This document shows positions 11,184 to 24,030 of a stretch of 40,268 bases of DNA, piece by piece; the first letter of the stretch is position 1, and every line of letters starts with the position of its first letter. The stretch is from Nemertoderma westbladi (lineage: Eukaryota; Animalia; Xenacoelomorpha), in NCBI GenBank assembly GCA_032718475.1, contig JAUCBJ010000309.1, positions 1 to 40,268 of the forward strand, written 5' to 3'. Made by a program: the position numbers and the translations under genes. Below the pieces are notes generated by a model. That model did not search any database. It was given only the letters and a program-made list of their open reading frames with translations, and was not told where the DNA came from.

Positions 11184-14100
11184 AACAACCTTACCAAACA
11201 CAACAACCTTACCAAACACAACAACCTTATACCAAACAAATCAACAACCATACCAAATATATCAACAACCTTACCAAACACATAACCAAGAAGTTTACCA
11301 AACACAACAACCTTATACCAAACAAATCAACAACCATACCAAATATATCAACTAACCTTACCAAACACAACAACCTTATACCAAACAAATCAACAACCAT
11401 ACCAAATATATCAACAACCTTACCAAACACATAACCAAGAAGTTTACCAAACACAACAACCTTATACCAAACAAATCAACAACCATACCAAATATATCAA
11501 CAACCTTACCAAACACATAACCAAGAAGTTTACCAAACACAACAACCTTATACCAAACAAATCAACAACCATACCAAATATATCAACAACCTTACCAAAC
11601 ACATAACCAAGAAGTTTACCAAACACAACAACCTTATACCAAACAAATCAACAACCATACCAAATATATCAACAACCTTACCAAACACATAACCAAGAAG
11701 TTTACCAAACACAACAACCTTATACCAAACAAATCAACAACCATACCAAATATATCAACAACCTTTACCAAACACAACAACCTTATACCAAACAAATCAA
11801 CAACCATACCAAATATATCAACAACCTTACCAAACACAACAACCTTATACCAAACAAATCAACAACCATACCAAATATATCAACAACCTTACCAAACACA
11901 TAACCAAGAAGTTTACCAAACACAACAACCTTATACCAAACAAATCAACAACCATACCAAATATATCAACAACCTTACCAAACACATAACCAAGAAGTTT
12001 ACCAAACACAACAACCTTATACCAAACAAATCAACAACCATACCAAATATATCAACAACCTTACCAAACACATAACCAAGAAGTTTACCAAACACAACAA
12101 CCTTATACCAAACAAATCAACAACCATACCAAATATATCAACAACCTTACCAAACACATAACCAAGAAGTTTACCAAACACAACAACCTTATACCAAACA
12201 AATCAACAACCATACCAAATATATCAACTACCTTACCAAACACAACAACCTTATACCAAACAAATCAACAACCATACCAAATATATCAACAACCTTACCA
12301 AACACATAACCAAGAAGTTTACCAAACACAACAACCTTATACCAAACAAATCAACAACCATACCAAATATATCAACTACCTTACCAAACACAACAACCTT
12401 ATACCAAACAAATCAACAACCATACCAAATATATCAACAACCTTACCAAACACATAACCAAGAAGTTTACCAAACACAACAACCTTATACCAAACAAATC
12501 AACAACCATACCAAATATATCAACTACCTTACCAAACACAACAACCTTATACCAAACAAATCAACAACCATACCAAATATATCAACAACCTTACCAAACA
12601 CATAACCAAGAAGTTTACCAAACACAACAACCTTATACCAAACAAATCAACAACCATACCAAATATATCAACAACCTTACCAAACACATAACCAAGAAGT
12701 TTACCAAACACAACAACCTTATACCAAACAAATCAACAACCATACCAAATATATCAACAACCTTACCAAACACATAACCAAGAAGTTTACCAAACACAAC
12801 AACCTTATACCAAACAAATCAACAACCATACCAAATATATCAACAACCTTACCAAACACATAACCAAGAAGTTTACCAAACACAACAACCTTATACCAAA
12901 CAAATCAACAACCATACCAAATATATCAACTACCTTACCAAACACAACAACCTTATACCAAACAAATCAACAACCATACCAAATATATCAACAACCTTAC
13001 CAAACACATAACCAAGAAGTTTACCAAACACAACAACCTTATACCAAACAAATCAACAACCATACCAAATATATCAACTACCTTACCAAACACAATAACC
13101 TTATACCAAACAAATCAACAACCATACCAAATATATCAACAACCTTACCAAACACATAACCAAGAAGTTTACCAAACACAACAACCTTATACCAAACAAA
13201 TCAACAACCATACCAAATATATCAACTACCTTACCAAACACAACAACCTTATACCAAACAAATCAACAACCATACCAAATATATCAACAACCTTACCAAA
13301 CACATAACCAAGAAGTTTACCAACACACAACCTTCCCCCAACCTTATACCAAACAAATCAACAACCATACCAAATATATCAACAACCTTACCAAACACAT
13401 AACCAAGAAGTTTACCAAACACAACAACCTTATACCAAACAAATCAACAACCATACCAAATATATCAACTACCTTACCAAACACAACAACCTTATACCAA
13501 ACAAATCAACAACCATACCAAATATATCAACAACCTTACCAAACACATAACCAAGAAGTTTACCAAACACAACAACCTTATACCAAACAAATCAACAACC
13601 ATACCAAATATATCAACTACCTTACCAAACACAATAACCTTATACCAAACAAATCAACAACCATACCAAATATATCAACTACCTTACCAAACACAACAAC
13701 CTTATACCAAACAAATCAACAACCATACCAAATATATCAACTACCTTACCAAACACATAACCAAGAAGTTTACCAAACACAACAACCTTATACCAAACAA
13801 ATCAACAACCATACCAAATATATCAACTACCTTACCAAACACAACAACCTTATACCAAACAAATCAACAACCATACCAAATATATCAACTACCTTACCAA
13901 ACACATAACCAAGAAGTTTACCAAACACAACAACCTTCCCCCACCTACCAAACAAATCAACAACCATACCAAATATATCAACTACCTTACCAAACACAAA
14001 ACCAAGAAGTTTACCAAACACAACAACCTTACCAAACACAACAACCTTATACCAAACAAATCAACAACCATACCAAATATATCAACTACCTTACCAAACA

Positions 14101-14760
14101 CATAACCAAGAAGTTTACCAAACACAACAACCTTATACCAAACAAATCAACAACCATACCAAATATATCAACTACCTTACCAAACACATAACCAAGAAGT
14201 TTACCTAACACAACAACCTTACCAAACACAACAACCTTATACCAAACAAATCAACAACCATACCAAATATATCAACAACATAACCAAGAAGTTTACCAAA
14301 CACAACAACCTTATACCAAACAAATCAACAACCATACCAAATATATCAACAACATAACCAAGAAGTTTACCAAACACAACAACCTTATACCAAACAAATC
14401 AACAACCATACCAAATATATCAACAACCTTACCAAACACAACAACCTTATACCAAACAAATCAACAACCATACCAAATATATCAACAACCTTACCAAACA
14501 CATAACCAAGAAGTTTACCAAACACAACAACCTTATACCAAACAAATCAACAACCATACCAAATATATCAACAACCTTACCAAACACATAACCAAGAAGT
14601 TTACCAAACACAACAACCTTATACCAAACAAATCAACAACCATACCAAATATATCAACTACCTTACCAAACACAACAACCTTATACCAAACAAATCAACA
14701 ACCATACCAAATATATCAACAACCTTAAACCTAACATATAAACACCAACTTTACCAAACA
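11184..14760. repeat. AC-rich satellite, 86-bp unit of four ACCAAA-initiated subunits (20+21+21+24), with 62-bp variants
   Basis: gaagttt recurs at 86-bp spacing (e.g. ends at 12000 and 12086). G is almost absent from the + strand. Confidence 0.97.
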
Positions 14761-14787
14761 TCCTCTATTACTACTATATATTTTTAC

Positions 14788-14971
14788 CTGAATAAAGTCC
14801 CAACGATTTTCCACTCAGGCGTGGTTATGTGCGCGCCGGCCCGCACCAACAGACTGATTATATCGGGTCGCCTAGCAACCAGCGCGCATTCCAACGGAGT
14901 CTGCCCCCAGCGGTCCAACGCATGTACCGACGCACCGCACTTCAGCAGATACTGAACCACATTAACCCCGC
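14788..14971 (-). CDS. ASPG: ASPG-like exon (ankyrin repeats)
   Basis: tttag|GC..; GGVNVVQYLLKCGASVHALDRWGQTPLECA...LLVRAGA; ends AG|gtaaaa (phase 1->2). Confidence 0.88.
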
Positions 14972-15130
14972 CTAAAGGAAGTAATTCAATTACGAATTGG
15001 TGAAATTACATCGCAGAACTGAACTGTTGTGACGTCATTGCTACTAGTATTGGGTACTAGCGAAATGGACTGCTATGACGACACTGCTAAGGACCTTTTG
15101 GGGTTAACTAGAACGAGTTGCCATAGTTAC

Positions 15131-15305
15131 CTTCGGAACTAGCTAAATGGAGTGGTGTACGATTGTCGTAATCGCCCTCCAATAGACTACAACCAATGGA
15201 TTTCAGTTCTTTGAGACTATCAACGTTGTCCGACGTAGACGCGGCACAGCTTAGCGACGGGAGCAGCTGGTGTTTAAGTTTATCTAACTCATCCCCGCTC
15301 ATAAC
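15131..15305 (-). CDS. ASPG: ASPG-like exon (first ankyrin repeats)
   Basis: cttag|GTT; LLPSLSCAAS...GDYDNRTPLHLASSEG; G|gtaact. Confidence 0.9.
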
Positions 15306-15519
15306 CTAAGTGTATAAATAATAAAACTACAATACTAAATAAATAAATAATGCTAATCGTTAATCCAATTTTCAACTTCTGTTGATAAATATTATCCTTA
15401 TTATATTAATAATTATATAGCCGTATTCAAATTACAGCTGCAGTAATAATACAAAGCTGCAGTACAAATAAATGAATTTGGAGCAGAAAAAACATATTAT
15501 AGAACTAAACTAATTCTAC

Positions 15520-15716
15520 CTTCATAGCCCTTGCGATTGCCTTAATAATGGCGCTATTTGGACAGATAATATGAGTGCTACTGTCTCCAGACAGCGGTAT
15601 ACTCATCTCTCCCCGAAGATTGCTGACCATTAACAGGCGACGTAACTCTGGATCTGGCGTTACTGCGAGAACGTAGGAAAGTTTGGTTAGTGCAGCTTCA
15701 GGAGTCATATCGTTAC
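15520..15716 (-). CDS. ASPG: ASPG-like exon (end of asparaginase C-domain)
   Basis: gctag|GT; GNDMTPEAALTKLSYVL...NLRGEM; AAG|gtagaa. Confidence 0.92.
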
Positions 15717-15794
15717 CTAGCAACAGCCAAATGAAAACGAACTCATTAGACGCAGGCCTTCTGTGATTGTAGAACCCTTTCCGATTACTCCAGA

Positions 15795-17399
15795 CGCAAA
15801 ATCACCAGATATCCCCACCCCCTGCCACACAATCTCGCCAGATATTACCCCCTTCCCACTGCCACACAAACTTACCAGATATCACCCACCCACCCCCCCC
15901 CCCCCTGCCACACAATCTCACCAGATATTATCCACACCCTTGCCACACTAAATCACCATATATTATCCACCCCATCACCCTGTCACACAATCTCACCAGA
16001 TATTATCCCCCTCCCCCTGCACACAATCTCACCAGATATTACCCCCCTCCCCCTGCTACACAAAGTCACCAGATACCACCCACCCATCCCACCCCTGCCA
16101 CGCAAACTTACCAGATATCACCCACCCACCCCACCCCTGCCACACAATCTCACCAGATATTACCCCCCCCCCCCCCCCCCTGCCACACAAACTCACAAGA
16201 TATCACCCATCCCCTGCCACACAATCTCACCAGAAATCACCCACCCCCTTCCACACAATCTCATCAGATATTACCCCCCCCCCCCCCTGCCACACAATCT
16301 CACCAGATATTACCCCCTCCCCCTGCCACACAAACTCACCAGAAATCACCCACCCCCTGCCACACAATCTCACCAGAAATCAACCACCCACCCCACCCCT
16401 GCCACACAAACTAATCAGATATCACCCTTCCGCCCCCTCCACGTCCCATACAAACTCACCAGATATCACCCACCCCACCCCTGCCACACATACGTACCAG
16501 ATATTACCCCCCTCCACCTGCCACACAAACTCGCCAGATATTATCCACACCCCAGCCACACAAACTCACCATATATTATCCACACCCCTGAACACAAACT
16601 CACCAGATATTATCCACACTCCTGCCACACAAACTCACCAGATATCACCCCCCCCCCCCCCGCCATACAAACTCACCAGATATTATCCACACCCCTGCCA
16701 CACAAACTCACCAGATATTATCCACACCCCAGCCACACAAACTCACCAGATATTATCCATCCCACATCCCAGCCACACAAACTCACCAGATATTATCCAC
16801 ACTCCTGCCACACAAACTCACCAGATATTATCCACCCCCCGGCCACACAAACTCACCAAAAATTATCCACCCCACGCCCCTGTCACACAAACTCACCAGA
16901 TATTATCCACCCCCGGCCACATAAACTCACCAAATATTATCCACCCCACCGCTCTGCCACACAAAATCACCAGATATTATCCACACCCCTTCCACACAAA
17001 CTCACCAGATAGTCTCCACCTCCGGCCACCACAAAAACTCACCAAATATTATCCACCCCACCGCTCTGCCACACAAAATCACCAGATATTATCCACACCC
17101 CTTCCACACAAACTCACCAGATAGTCTCCACCTCCGGCCACCACAAAAACTCACCAAATATTATCCACACAACCCCCGTGCAACAAAAACTTACCAGATA
17201 TAATCCACCCCCCGGCCACACAAACTCACCAAATATTATCCACCCCACCGCTCTGCCACACAAACTCACCAGATATTATCCACCCCCGGCCACATAAACT
17301 CACCAAATATTATCCACCCCACCCCTCTGCCACACAAACTCACCAGATATCACCAATCCACCCCACCCCCCTGCCACACAAACTCACCAGATATTATCC
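15795..17399. repeat. Degenerate 33-45 bp tandem array (about 40 copies) spanning the ASPG exon/intron donor junction
   Basis: Unit ccctgccacacaaactcaccagatattatcc is, on the minus strand, GGATAATATCTG|GTGAGTTTGTGTGGCAGGG, matching the real junction at 17388. Confidence 0.93.
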
Positions 17400-17520
17400 C
17401 CGCGTCGTATAAAGCTTTACCAGATGCGTAACCTGGCGTGACTTCACCGCTGACGCACTGCGATATATTTACTATGATGACTCCTCTCTCGTGCGCTTCT
17501 CTGAACACCGCCATTAGGTC
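17388..17520 (-). CDS. ASPG: ASPG-like exon
   Basis: tgtag|GAC; DLMAVFREAHERGVIIVNISQCVSGEVTPGYASGKALYDAGIIS; G|gtgagt. Confidence 0.92.
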
Positions 17521-17824
17521 CTACAATTCAGTACAAAATTTAAATTTTATATAATATATTATATTTTAACGGTTTCAGATTCACATGAAGGTAGCAACTA
17601 CTGGGAAGCAGCACCACAAACTTGCGCCAATTACGTTTCTGCTTGTTGATGACTGGCTTGCGTGTGCGTAAATAAAACATTTAAAGCTTTTGGAAAACAG
17701 GCTTCGTGGGAGTCGTGAAATTAATTTAAAATGTTTGAAAAGTTCTCGACGGTGAGTCAGCCACGTGTATTAGGCTCGTCGCGGTGTGTCAGGAATGGTT
17801 GTCACATGTCCCATATTGACTTAC

Positions 17825-18025
17825 CTTTCTACTATCGGGTGCATTTCCAGATCCGTAAGTCTGTAACACCAATCCCTCCAGCGGTGGTTGTAGGAACAGT
17901 TTAGTTGTAGCAAGTGTCATAGTTGGGAATATTCGCAATATACCAACGTTACAATTGAGTTCGGTGTGTACGAAAAATGGTTCGATGGTTCCTGGACTAA
18001 AAATGTTGTCCCAGGATATTTTAAC
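17825..18025 (-). CDS. ASPG: ASPG-like exon
   Basis: ttaag|GTT; NVGILRIFP...LQPPLEGLVLQTYGSGNAP; AAG|gtaaag. Confidence 0.92.
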
Positions 18026-18068
18026 CTTAAAGTTGAAATAAATAATGTAATATTATGGTTTTGTTCAG

Positions 18069-18120
18069 GTTAGCGCTACTGATGAGGCCTGATAGGCTGA
18101 AATGTACGTATAGCGCTGGT
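18069..18120 (+). ncRNA. Minimal type I hammerhead ribozyme motif
   Basis: Stem I AGCGCTA/TAGCGCT, core CTGATGA, stem II GGCCT-gat-AGGCT, GAAA, near-palindromic stem III ATGTACGT, cleavage triplet GUA (after 18110). Confidence 0.85.
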
Positions 18121-18358
18121 TCAACCCCAGGTGACGCGCTTTCTCATTTTTTCCATTTCTGAACAAACCCATAATATTACATCTTTAATTACAGTTTCAT
18201 TAACAGCTTAACTCCAATCCATTTATAAATAAATAATAACTGACGAAACATTAAGAAGATGGGCTGCATATAAATAATTTAATTTAGCACATTGTAAGAA
18301 AGAGCTTACGGTACTCGTGAAGAACAGTTCGTGAGACCCTTAAATAATGATGACTAAC

Positions 18359-18591
18359 CGTAGTTCCTATGGTAACCAGAGGCGCCATGTTGGGACTATT
18401 GAACGCAGAGAAACTGCAGGCGTCGACTTTGGAGCAGCGGTTACCGCGGTATAGTTTGTTCCTAAAGAATACCGTGACTTCGGGAATGGTCACGTGACCA
18501 GCCAGATGCAACGCACCGAGGAGATTCTCTCTGCCATCGCTCTGCTGTTCAAACAAGGGGACCTGGGCTCCCGTTAGTATAACTGGTTTAC
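18359..18591 (-). CDS. ASPG: ASPG-like exon
   Basis: accag|GT; [12 protein letters not shown]...[10 protein letters not shown]...[31 protein letters not shown]; ACG|gttagt. Confidence 0.93.
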
Positions 18592-18626
18592 CTGGTAACA
18601 CAATCACATCGTAGTTTAGCTCAAAC

Positions 18627-21612
18627 GAGAGAAATCCGCCCCAATATTAGATTATTACAACAACATATCCATTGGGTAAGAAAGTGGAGGAGAGCCAGCC
18701 CGTCTCTTAATTTTTTACTTTATATTACGCGATCAATTTTCACTCATCTCGTCATGAGCCCAACATGTATGTAACCTTTTGTTAAATTTGTTGGCTATGC
18801 GTTTGCGGTTGTTTGGGCGGAGTGTGGTAGGCCTACACTTTTCACACTTAAATATTTTGGTTGTGAATTGTTACAGGGCATAGCGATCTGAGATATTTCA
18901 TTTATATTTTATTATGAGAGGAAGAAGAACATACAACGTGATTTACTATATATGTAACAAAATAATTGTTTTCGGGCCTAACTTGGAAGCCTCCCCAAAT
19001 AGTTGATATACAATTATATTTAAAATTATTTCCATGGTCATGGTCATTCACCCGTCTTTAGTTAGAAATTTGTTTGCATGAAAGACAGTTTAGTTTAGTT
19101 TTTACTGATTTATTATCTCTTATCTGACTGGGGTAATAATAAAGGATAGGATAAATGGAAGCAAAGTGTGACAGTAACAAATATTTCCCCGTCACCCTAG
19201 CATGTCTTAAGTATATGATATATCAAAGGGGGAAGTTTGGATTCACTGCATAAATGCAGTTCACCAAACTTCCCCCGAATGCACACTGTAACTTCCCCCT
19301 TCCCCCAAATATCCACTGTTGAATTAATTTGAAGCGATATAATAAGTACAAAATTGTGCGAGTTTTTAATTGTGTAGTCCATTTGTTATTTGATCTCTAT
19401 TTATTGTTTAAAGTGCATTTAATATCACACTGGTTTTTTAGAATATTACAACCTTATGTTTTATTAATTTACCCAATCGAAGCCTCATAAGGGCCGGTTA
19501 TTTGTACGCATATCCCCTAATGCGCTCAGTAAGGTTCAAACAACATATTAATATGAAAATAAAGTATCTGCAAAGAAAAGAACACAATACTATATAATTT
19601 GACCTTATTAAAAAATTTGCACTTTTGCACACTTATTTGTACAAGTGCACTTTAGCAGATCGTAATGGTGGTTCTTATTTAACAAACTTATGTTTATCCT
19701 CTACCGATCTACGATGGTGTATGATCAAGTGTCAGTCACTAAAAGTGTAAAAAATCTGATTTAATAAATCGCGACATTTGCGATTTTGGACCATATTCAT
19801 GGACATTTTAAGTCACTTTATAGACATAAAAAGTTAAACAAATGTTACGATTATAGTTAGAAATCACTCCAAACTACATTTTAATCCAAAAAATAACATT
19901 CTACGATGAATGGAACTGGAAATAATAGTGTTTGAAATATCGAAAAAATGTTCACTATTTAAGTGCATTATGCACTAAGTGCACATGCGTTTTCCCAAGT
20001 TGTATCCTATTTCACACACTACAATCTATCCTCTATCCAATGAAAAAAGTTTCAGATCAAACGGCCCAGTAGAACAGAAGTTATTGATGTTTAAAAACAA
20101 TCACTCGAAAATTTCAAATTCTCTTGGTCACGTAGTCTAGTGGTAATCGTTCGTGGGTTCGTGGGTTCGAAACCCAATATGACCATTCTTAATTTTTTGC
20201 AAAAAAAAAATATTTTTAATTTTTGACTAAATTTCGGTTCTGGTGCTCCAAATTCAATAAAATTGGTATATTCTTTGCCGTAATTTTTTTTTCTATCTTT
20301 TGAGAGGGGGTATTTTTGGCCCCAAAAAAAATGAAAAAAAAGGGCCAAAATTACGCGTTATTTTTCGACCCTTAAAACTCGTTATTTTAATTATAAATGT
20401 TAAGAAAAAAGATAGTGGAGTTAATTTGCTACATTTTACAGGAACTTTTGGCGCAAAAAGTTAAATTATAATGTAATGGCGATTTATTAAAAAAAAATTT
20501 TTTCGTCCCTTTTTTATAAGTAGTATATTTCACACGATCGTCTGCCGCTTCAGTTATATAATAGCTATGGCGTTGTAATTACCGTTGAAAGATAGATAAT
20601 TTGACGCTCTATAAGACTGTTTAAATAAGTCTCCCAGACCTTATGTATTTTTCGAGCTAGACGAGTTCCCGCGAAGCGAGTTTGAGGCGTGAAATTATAA
20701 TTTGGGCCCTAATTTTTTTAATATCGTTTGCGCGGCAAAACCAATCGAATATTTGGATTCCCCGTATCGATATTAACCGTATAAAATGTACTTTAACCTT
20801 CAAGAGTCAAAAATAAAAAAGTTGTTATTTATAAACTTTTTATTATTTTCTGGCCCTTTTTGGACCCCTTTGCCTACATATATTTTGTACCCCCATTCGA
20901 TAGGAATGTAGCCCTGTGGTCTTCTACGCTTTCCGAAAAAGAATTGGCAGATTCCTACTAGCGTTGTCGAATTAAAAATTTTGGAAATAATAATTATGTA
21001 AAAAAGATGGAAAAAACGTACAAATTTACAGCCCCTTTTTCCACCCGAAATTTTAATAAATATCTTACCCCCATTCGATACGAAGGTAGTACCACTCTTC
21101 CCCTTTCCAACCGCGTTAATTTCGTCCCCGTACGATTAATATTAGCCGAGTCAGAGCGGATCCCGCAAAGCCATTTTTTCAACTTTGACGGACAATTTCG
21201 GGAAAAAGGCGTGGTAATCTTTTTTGAAAAAAAAAACGAATTCACTAATTAATCCCTTCTATCGTATCCCGGCGTCGGCTAAGCAATAACCTAGGGTTTT
21301 TTCGAGCCACTGTAGAGCGCCTTTCAAAAAATTTTTAAAGTTGTCAAAAAAATGACGGTTTTTTGTCCGCCGTGTCCGTCGAGGGGATAGATTTGCTAAT
21401 GTTAGAGTGGCTAATATCTTAGAATTCCGAGTCGCTCCCCTGGTGCGAAAATAAAAAAAATTGGTCTGTTCCTTCATCGAAAAGTCCCTCAGAATCCCAA
21501 GTTAACCTATATAGTTAGCGATGGCCTGCGGCTTTAGGAGCGGCCGCGGTATTCACCTCCCTCATAGCGGCCGCGGCGGTGTTGCGTCAAATGGAGAAAT
21601 ATTTATCCCACC
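18627..21612. mobile_element. About 3-kb non-coding insertion, probably repeat-derived
   Basis: Interrupts the 76-bp acceptor repeat between TCAAAC (18626) and AAGGGGACC (21613). AT-rich, no convincing ORF; termini not classifiable by eye. Confidence 0.45.
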
Positions 21613-21756
21613 AAGGGGACCTGGGCTCTCGTTAGTATAACTGGTTTACCTGGTAAGGTAACCAATAACATCGTAGTTTAGTTCAAACAAGGGGACCTGG
21701 GCTCCCGTTAGTATAACTGGTTTACCTGGTAAGGTAACCAATAACATTGTAGTTTA
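21613..21756 (-). repeat. Two 76-bp tandem copies of the ASPG acceptor plus exon start
   Basis: aaggggacctgggctcccgttagtataactggtttacctggtaa at 21613 and 21689 matches 18555-18598. Confidence 0.95.
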
Positions 21757-22202
21757 TAGTAATAGTATTGATTGTCACAAACATTGTTGTGTACATAATA
21801 ATATTATAAATACATAAACCAAACCGAGAGAGAGAAACCTTTATAGTAACCAAATAATACCAACTGTAACTAAAGTAAATTAATAACGGAACTGTGTCTC
21901 TTTATAACGATAGTTAGTCGTTTTAGTAAAGAGGGACTCATCAAAACAATGTGTAATACTTGTAGTTGTTGATAGATGTGAAAGTACTGGGTTCGAACCT
22001 GGATCAGCATCAGCTCTTTTTGTTGATAAAGTTTCGTTTACATCCAGGAATTCAACAATAATCTCATCTCGGAAAAATTAAAAAACTCATAAATGGTATT
22101 CTATAAAAGTGGAAACAGTGAAAATCAAATAATTAATTGCACTTAATAAGAAAAATAAAATCTTTAGTTGTCGAGAATTAGGGAGGAACTAGTTTGTCAG
22201 CG

Positions 22203-22988
22203 TCAGGACTTATTCAACGGCGTCCTGATTAGATCCCCGTTGCTCGAGATGGAAGGCGGAAGTCCGTAGAACTGGTCCGCTATCCGTCCGGCCTCCCGCA
22301 GTCCGCTCAACAACGCTCCGTGCACCGTCGCAGGGTAGTTCCGTATCGTGTGCTCCCCCGCGAAGAACACGCGCGGCACTGGATGCCGGTTCGTACCGCT
22401 AGGGGTCGCGGTTGGCGCCACGGGAGTCGCCATGAGATCGTAGTCGTTGCCGGAGGAGCCCGCCGCTACGTAGGAGTAACTGCCGCGACTCCAGACATCG
22501 CTCCTCCATCGCGTGACCACCATCTCCCGAGGTGTCGGCACCGCCATGCTCCCGAAGATCGATTTAAGAACCGCGAGAGTTCTCGCTATGATGACGTCAT
22601 CCGAGATAGACTCCATGATGAGCGCCGATTCGCCGACTATCAGGGCTATTAGAACCGGGGCTTTGTAGAGACTCCAGAAGAGGAACAACTCGCCGCGGCC
22701 GGCTGTAGTCGTGCCGACGTGCCCGAAGAGGTTCACATTGGGGTCCCAGAAGACCTTATCGAAACAGAGAACCACCTTGTTGATGTTGCCGAACCCCATC
22801 CGGTTTATGGCCGCGGTCTTCCAGCCAGGGAGTGGCGGCTCGAACTCAACCGCTGGTGGCTGCTGTTTCAGCACACCCAGAGGCAACGTGCACACTGCGA
22901 TATCCGCCTTGAAGGTTACGGGTTCGAACCCCAGTGGGTCCCTGGGATCTACTGTTTCTACGGAAACACCTCCGTTGGAGTAGGAAAT
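22203..22988 (-). CDS. KDM1A: LSD1/KDM1A exon 4 (amine oxidase C-terminal part, stop)
   Basis: tccag|ATT; [21 protein letters not shown] (catalytic Lys), [61 protein letters not shown]. Confidence 0.97.
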   Translation of the reverse strand: MSYSNGGVSVETVDPRDPLGFEPVTFKADIAVCTLPLGVLKQQPPAVEFEPPLPGWKTAAINRMGFGNINKVVLCFDKVFWDPNVNLFGHVGTTTAGRGELFLFWSLYKAPVLIALIVGESALIMESISDDVIIARTLAVLKSIFGSMAVPTPREMVVTRWRSDVWSRGSYSYVAAGSSGNDYDLMATPVAPTATPSGTNRHPVPRVFFAGEHTIRNYPATVHGALLSGLREAGRIADQFYGLPPSISSNGDLIRTPLNKS

Positions 22989-23023
22989 CTGGAATAAGAA
23001 AAAACCATCATTCGTTATAAAGT

Positions 23024-23441
23024 CCAGGACTGGCTACGAATACGTAAGGGGGATGCATGGGCAGCGTTAAATAGTCTGTCCAGGATTTGGAAGTCCCATA
23101 GAATAAAACGGAACTTTAAGGTTAGATTATTTAGAGCAGCAGTAGTTCCAGTACTCCTCTATGGGAGTCCATGCTGGGCTCTAACTGCTGATGACACCAA
23201 ATCTCTGGATGGCACATTCACAAGAATGCTACGCCGGGTTCATTGTGTCAAGTACAATGCACACATCTCCAACCAGGCACTATATAACATTGGAGGTGTC
23301 TCATTGGTTCCCCCAAGCTTGACACTAGAACAAAATCGCCTCCGCTTTGCAGGACATTGCTTTCGCCGTGAGGCCCAGCCAGTGCATAATCTTGTACTTT
23401 GGCAGCCTCATGGAGTGAATAAGCATGGTGGACAGCCCATC
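23024..23441 (+). mobile_element. Internal fragment of the same RTE family as 4344-5800
   Basis: Encodes RMLRRVHCVKYNAHISNQALYNIGG...HGGQP, near-identical to about 4512-4912 in opposite orientation; fills most of KDM1A intron 3. Confidence 0.92.
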
Positions 23442-23504
23442 TATACTCGTACAAGATTACTCTACAAGAACGCCTCACTCTGTAAGTAGCAGAGAGACAC
23501 GCAC

Positions 23505-23996
23505 CTTAGTGGCGGCGTGGTTTAGCCGCACATCTACCCCGTCAGCGAGCGCCACTGGTACGCAACTGTATCCGTTACGGACGGCCTGGTGGGTCCCAGA
23601 GAACTCGTAATCGTCGTCCTGGTCCCAGTGCTTCAGCGACAGGGAGGAGAGAGCGGTGGCGTTGGCGAACTCGAGATTGGCGAAGTGCCAGTCGAGAATG
23701 TGTCGGTCCCTCGGGGAGAGGTAGACGTCGCTGGGAGGGTTGGACTCGGCGTCAACCACCTTGTGTTGGAGACTAGCCTGTCGGCCCATCAGCTGGTCGT
23801 AGTCCTTGAAGGCCTGGGAGAGATCGTAACTGGTGGAGCGGATGAGGAACTCAGCAGCGACGTCGTTCTTGTTCATGTCCTGCACCTCCTCGTAACAGGA
23901 GTGCAATGTCTTTATAGTCTCCTGCAAGGCCTTTAACTTCTTTTGGATGTTCCCCAATTCTTCCTGCATATAAGCTATTCGCTGCCAATATTCAAC
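23505..23996 (-). CDS. KDM1A: LSD1/KDM1A exon 3 (Tower domain and amine oxidase)
   Basis: tccag|GTT; coiled-coil, then NPPSDVYLSPRDRHILDWHFANLEFANA, LSLKHWDQDDDYEFSG; AAG|gtgcgt. Confidence 0.97.
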
Positions 23997-24030
23997 CTGG
24001 AACAAATGGCCAACAATATTAGTTCCTCAT

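Noticed and set aside
21960-22022. tRNA/SINE-like B-box GGTTCGAACC followed by a T-run
   Set aside because: No cloverleaf or convincing A-box; at most a decayed SINE.
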